Positions 57,680 to 64,000 of a stretch of DNA of 64,000 nt are shown one piece after another. Source of the DNA: the human T2T-CHM13v2.0 reference genome, Homo sapiens. The DNA is taken from NCBI RefSeq assembly GCF_009914755.1, contig NC_060925.1; one strand, written 5' to 3'. Positions within the stretch are counted from its first letter, which is position 1. Each line of letters begins with the position of its first letter. A model generated the notes under the pieces. That model was given only the letters and a program-made list of their open reading frames with translations, had not been told where the DNA came from and did not search any database. The position numbers and the translations under genes were made by a program.

Positions 57680-58420
57680 TCATAGTTAAATGGCATCATC
57701 ATTCCTTTTGCTTCTCAAGCTAGGAAGCTGAGTCATTCTAGACTTTTTCTTCTTTTTCTGTCTTGGTTTAAATTGCTACCTAGGGAACACTGAATCTAAG
57801 CTATCTTTGGAATCTATTTTCTCTTCTTCATTTCCACTGTCATTGTTTCTTTACTACTTTTCTTTATTTTACACCTATTCTAACTGCCACATTATTGATC
57901 ATTTATTTATTTTTTGCCTGTTCTAGCTGCCACATTACTGATCATTCTGCTTCCAGCCTTTCCCTCCCAATCCCTCCACCACATTCTTCCAGTAGAATCC
58001 TTCTTAAATACAAACTTGATGTAACATCCTGTTTCTGAACTCCTTCAGTGACTTCCATAGATCTTCAGGGTAAGATCTGCCATCCAGCACAGCATGTGAG
58101 GACTGCCACATACTTGCAAGTTCTCCCTACCCTCATCACTTACCACTGTACACACACACCAGCTATGACACACTTTAGTATCTTTTCTGATATGGCTTAT
58201 TATATTGCCTTCGAACATGTTATTTCTTCTGTCCCAGATGTTCTCCCTCTGCTCATCCGTTTGCATCCTGCTCATCCTTCAATTTTCAATCTCAAGTATG
58301 CCTGGTCACCTTTCCAGATAAACCAGATTTGACCATCTTCTTTGCCTTTACACCTGACATACATTTTCTATTATGTATTTATATGTCTTCCCCACTAGAC
58401 CATAAACCCCTAAAATAGTT
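57680..58420 (+). mobile_element. Decayed L2 fragment
   Basis: aatggcatcatcatt...ctcaagctaggaagctgagtcattctagac...ctccttcagtgacttccat...cccactagacc, a pyrimidine-rich L2-like tract. Confidence 0.65.
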
Positions 58421-59631
58421 TAGCCACTCTTGATCCCAAAGGATGTTCTCTCTCCTATTGTTAGCTAGCTTTTAAGAGATAAGGTCCCCTCTTGTGATAT
58501 TTAACTCATCTGCTCCCCTCTAGACTGAATGTTTGCATTTACTTTTCCTTGTTATGCATGTTAAAGATTGCAGGAAACTAATTACCTATCCACTCCACCC
58601 ATTTTTCCAGTTGATCCTATAAAATGGAGGAAATAAGCAGAATTTTTTCAATAAGGATTATAATAGTATTAATAGCAAAACTGAATTTTTTCAGTTTTGA
58701 AAGGATCTTCTGTTTCACGCCTTATTTCATATTTACCCAACAACACTCAGACATAGGCACTGAAGCTGGAAAGTGGTGGACCTCCCCCTGTAGAGGGAGC
58801 TTTCACCTATGGGCGTAATACAGAGAACAGGACTTGGATGGGGCTGGGATGCTAAAAGTTAATTAGGTCCTAATGAGAGACAGAGACAAAATCACTGTGG
58901 GGAGTGACTCTTCTCCTGGTTAATCTGGGGCAATAGATTCACTAAGGTTAGTCACTTCACTACCCACAGGAAGGAGCAAGTCAGGAAGTTGAGAGAGAGT
59001 CCTGAACTGTTCACTCCATTACTTCCAGAGTCAGGAGATCAGAACCCTGTCTATTGTCTGAAAAAGAATGAAGTCTTGGAAATTTGCTAACAGCAAAAGT
59101 AACAATGCCAATTAAACTGTAAGCAGACTTTTTTTTTAACTAGAAAGATAGCGATTTTAATAGAAGTACCACCTACATCAAGGGAGATGGGTCCTAGCTC
59201 ATAGGTGTCTTGGTAGATGGTCAGGGTCTCAATGAACCCTGGTCCTAATAGCACAGAATGCTTTTGTAGATCCTGCATCCAAGCAACAAATCCTAGATTT
59301 CAGCTCAGGAAGGAACCCAGAAGCAAGTATTCTGATGACAAGAAGGTCCACGGAGCCTGCTCTGGAGAGGTATACATATCTAGTTTAGTTCATTTTAGAG
59401 ATTTTGTAGAACCTAATGCCAGTTACTTTAAATGGGCCTTGTTCATTTACTCAACAGTTAAGTCTAAAAATGTGATTGTGTCTACAGCTACTGAAAAGTG
59501 AAGAAGATATTGAAACTCACCATTGACTGGTCTTCAGACAGCTAAAAAAAAAAAAAATCAGACATTGATGATTGCCATTTGATTGGTGTGGTAAATGGGT
59601 TGCAATCAATGTGTGATCCAAAGAATGGAGG

Positions 59632-60250
59632 TGAATGGAGATTGAGTGAAGGCAATAAAACTTAAGCTTCAGGGCCCTTCTTTTGTGTGGACCCCTTCCA
59701 AGTCTCTAAAAAGGGTAATAAAATGTGTTTACAGAGTTACAAATTGAGGGGGAATTTTGCAGAAGTAAGATATTTAAGCTATGATAGACCATTATCTCCC
59801 TCAACTTCTCCTCTAGTACATGTTCCTTAGTGTCCAGTGACACTGGGGCGATGTTCGCTATTTTTTTGGACCCAAATTTCTATCAGTACTATAAACACAA
59901 GCATAGCTATGGGTGAAGTTGAAAGTTTTGAAGGTTCCTGGAAAAGAATAAAAATTATCTTTCTGTTATTTCTGTAGAGAATATTACAATTTTTTTGTCA
60001 TAGTAATAGACATTCAAAGATTATATAACCAAAAATGCAGCGAAAAAAATGCCATAGACTCTTGTCAGATGTTAACAAAATTGTTCTTAATTTCTAGATT
60101 TTGTGAAATTTGCAGTATTTGTCGACTTTTAACAATTTGAAATTTATGTAAACTATTTTCTCACTTGAGGTAACTCTTTATAATTTCGTATTTCTTAAGG
60201 ACTTCCCAGTTATGTAAGCTTGAGGCTCTCACAACCCAGATCTGTCACTG
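59632..60250. mobile_element. MER63-like hAT-Blackjack DNA transposon relic
   Basis: Left end contains cttaagcttcagggccc...ggaccccttccaag; right end reads taagcttgaggc...cccagatctgtcactg. Confidence 0.7.
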
Positions 60251-63038
60251 AATAGAAGGGATTTTGGAGAACATTTATGTTCTGTTATCTTTTGCTGAGA
60301 CTTCTCTCTGTTGCCCTCCAGTTGGAGATACAGAACAGTTCTCCTGTTCACAACACTGTTTAGCAGTGGTAAAACAGAGAGAAGATGTTATCCTAGTTTC
60401 TAATGGCAAATCCCAAATGAATGTGTGTTCTAATTTGGCACTGTAAGTTACTACAGGCAGGCAACATACTTTGTCACCTTTGTGTATCTAGCACAGAACC
60501 CACTATTTGGTGAGACCATACTTAAATGTTCATTGACTTAATATGAAACCCCTTTACAGGCCATACATCTGTCTCATTCTTGAGTTGTTAATATATTGTG
60601 ATAATTAGATTTAAAATAAATAGAAACAATATTTTTTTCAAAGACCCTAACAAGCCTATGGGTTGGATGCTTTTTTCTTTTCCTTTTTTTCTCCTCTCTT
60701 CCTCAACATGTTGAAAATGTCCTCCTGCCTCTGTTTCTTCTTTACTTTTCAAACTCTCCCTTTTCCAGGCATCTGGATTACCTTTTGGTATGCTGATGAG
60801 TCTGACTTTCTCTGATTTAATCCATTGCTTTCATTTACTTCCAAAATTTGGATTCTTGCTTTACTTTTTTCTTTTCCCATAGGATTTCTAAGATTTGTAC
60901 AGTTGTTTCCAACTACCATCTCTGGAGTGATGATTTAGTTGTGAGAGCTATAAAGTTTTGCTGTAATTTATTAAAGATATCTGGCAACTGCTGAATATTC
61001 ACCTATATTATTGCTAATGTTACCAGTAAAATCCAGGTTGTCATATAAATCGAAATGTCCTTTATAAAGATTAGAGGGGATCTGGAAAGAGTTAGTGTTA
61101 GTGAGATTTTTGTGCGTGGTGCCAGATTTTAAAAGCCATATAATGTTGCATTTTTACCATCTCTATAAAGTATTTCCCAATAATTTTAGTCCACATAGAT
61201 GGCTCATCTTTTAGACTGCCTAAAACATATATTGCCACTAGTATTTATGCCTCATGGAACATCTGAAATGATTGGACCTTTGGAATCCTCCAATTTATCT
61301 GCCTATCCAATGCACTATTATATGCTCTATTATATGACATTTGAATGTATACTTCCTAAAGCTCCTTGTTTTTGAAGAGATTATTAGTATATTAGGAGGC
61401 TATTTGGAAATACAGAGAATATGATGAGATATTGAGAACTTCACTTTAGGATCAAGACATAATCAGAGTAGAGATATACAAAAGGTTCCTTTTATTGTCC
61501 GAAGGGCCCAGAAATTGATGAAACTTGCCTAAAACTTGATTGAATATGTTAAAGTATCTAAAGAGTATGTCAATCAAAATGAGTGCAAACCAACAGGAAA
61601 GCATAAGAACAGTTAAGTCATGAAGGTAAATGTTGGTAGTTCCCATCCAACTTCTGTCTGAAAGTGAGGGAGCCTCAACCAGCACTTCTATTGGGAAATT
61701 AATTTAATAAAGAAAATTCTATTAAATGTTTAATGCATCTAAATCACTTCATCTATATTATTTCTAAACCCAATAGGCACATGACAGGACAATGGATTTA
61801 TATTCTAAATGGGGGTTGCACCTTAAGCCAGGACGCAATTTGTTAATTACATAGTCACAATTATACTCAAAATCTGTTGAATCACCCTTAAATTATTACG
61901 ACCTAGGCCCTTAGCAGCACAAAATCTAAAAATGTATTTGTTTCCTTCTCTCCCAACTCTCTCTCTTTCTTCTTCCCTTCCTTATTTCCTTCTTTTTTCT
62001 TTCTTTTTCTGGGCCAGTTGGAACTGAAGTTTCTTTCAAAGGTAGAAATGAGGGGTGATGGACATACAAAGAAATTCACCACATGTTATAATGTTACAAT
62101 GGTTAAGGGAATAAGATTTAGAGTCCTATGCCTTTTTTGAGTTTTATACTTACTAGAAATCTGTAATTTACTGAAAAAGTAAATATTAATATTTATAGAA
62201 TACAGAAAAAATTGAATGAGGTAAAATTTGTAACGTTCTTCGCATGGAGCTTAGCATGTAAGTGCTGTTTAAATGGTAGCCATCAAAACAATGATCCAGT
62301 TATGCTTTAGTTTCCAGCATAACTTTGCCTCCAGAAGCCAATGGGTTAGTCAATGATTCTTCCTCACTGACATTAAAAGCCTTTTGGGTTCAATACATGT
62401 GTATCTGTACCAAAGAATAAGTTCTCCCCAAAATAGACCTAATCCCAGTTGAAATTAAGTGCCTAAACCTAAAAACCAGATCGTAGACTGTACTAAATTG
62501 TTCTTTGAAATGAGGTCTATATTTTGAGGTCTTTTAGGAAGGATTTTTCTAACCTTTATATATGCTAAAAGGGACTAATAGGATTTCTACATGTCAAGTA
62601 TAAACCAGACAATTTTGTATTTTTACATCCTTCCAGTATATGTTGGGGGTGGGAAGAGCAGATTAGAACATATGAACATCTACTTTTCTTAGTCATTAAA
62701 AATTAAAAATTATTCTAGTACTCTGTAATACTTTAGCTCATAGTTTCTTCTTCTCTTAATTTTTTATTTAATAACTATAAAAACACTTGGAAGGAGCCTA
62801 TATCCATTTATGAATTGAGGAATCCTTTGCAGTGTGAATTATTTCACATTCTAACTTATCTATTTTAAATAAGATATTCAGATACTTTTTTTATATAAAT
62901 TTTTTTTTTGTTTAGTAATGTAAAAGACTGTTTTATGGAAGAGAGGATACCTCTGTAAAGTTGTTTTCTAAACTGTCCCTCCCATCTCCCTATGAAAATC
63001 TGGCCAAACTATGACCCTTCCTCCCATGTGCTATGTCT

Positions 63039-63063
63039 CTATCTATCTATCTATCTATCTATC

Positions 63064-63111
<48 letters not shown>
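63039..63111. repeat. (CTAT)6 CT (CTAT)11 tetranucleotide STR ((GATA)n on the - strand)
   Basis: Direct reading of the sequence. Confidence 0.97.
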
Positions 63112-64000
63112 ATTTTGCAAATGATTTTAGAGATTTCATAGATGACCCTGAAGCTATTCATGGAGTCCAGATTCACCATTTCAAATATATGTGCAATAGT
63201 GTTTTATGTAACTACTATACCTGTATACCTTATTAAATGTGTGAGTGTGTATGCATATATGGATAGGTAAATAAATAAAGGGTATGAATGAGGAGAAAGA
63301 GTCAGGGCTAGTAACCTGTAATATCAATAATGCTTACGTGCCTCCCTAACTAGGGGTTGTTTTTGTTACTCGTAGCCTAAGTGTGGTTTGAAGTTTTTTC
63401 CTGCTTTCCAGGTAGCCAGCGATAAGACCATAACTGGCATATATGTATGTATATACATATGTCTACATGTATGTGTGTATGCATATGAATGTATGTATCT
63501 ATGTATTTTTATAACTTTTTTCCTTTTAAAACTAGAAAGTTTCAATGGAAGAATTGAACTCACTGAGATTTGGCCATTCTAAAATAGGTATTTAGTAGAA
63601 GAAGAAAAAAAAAACATGTGAAACAAGCAAGCAAAAAACCCAAGCAAACAAAAAAAAGATTCAGTGAGAGACATGAATGACAAAAGTTAATTTTCTGTAT
63701 TTGTATTATTTTAAATAAAACATATTTTTCTGGCAAGCTAAATTTTCTCTCTCATTTGTAACACACTGAAATTGTGACACAAAAATTTTATAAAGATAAA
63801 TTAATGAAATATACCTTGACACTTTAAAATAACTAGCAGGAATGATTTCACTGTTCATAAATGTCTAAAGTGTGCTTTTATTTTTTTCGGCTGTTGTGTA
63901 TTATAAAACTTTGATCATGTAGAAGGTGTGGAAGTTTTACATGAGTATTGGGTGCTCATTGAGTTGAAATTGAGAGTTCCTCTTTTCACTAATCCCCTCT

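Noticed and set aside
59090-59360. Possible CR1/L3 relics (also ~15190-15310)
   Set aside because: Similarity is too faint to support without an HMM search.

Overview
Primate, most likely human, genomic DNA. The window is AT-rich and almost entirely intronic, lying in the 5' part of HMCN1 (hemicentin-1/fibulin-6) on the + strand. Three coding exons with canonical AG/GT boundaries encode part of the N-terminal vWA domain: 6710-6780, 25132-25290 and 26399-26521, inferred to be exons 2-4. The next exon is not in the window. The rest is a layered transposon record: a full-length but inactivated L1PA2/3-type LINE-1 antisense to the gene (47959-53991; 12-bp TSD, extra 21-nt 5' segment), a nested L2>L1PB>L1PA stack, 13 Alu-family elements (one with an internal duplication), a THE1 solo LTR with a perfect TSD, an LTR27/28-like ERV1 LTR, a decayed ERV-L pol fragment, hAT DNA transposon relics, MIR/L2 relics and microsatellites. 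There is no prokaryotic system, CRISPR array or recognisable structural RNA gene, and I found no convincing novel protein-coding system. The most interesting leads are regulatory or evolutionary: an L1 'gene-breaking' configuration, a probable L1 5' transduction, a candidate intronic-polyadenylation vWA-only isoform, a TEAD motif cluster and a fold-back hairpin. Subfamily names come from my recall of consensus sequences, not from a search.
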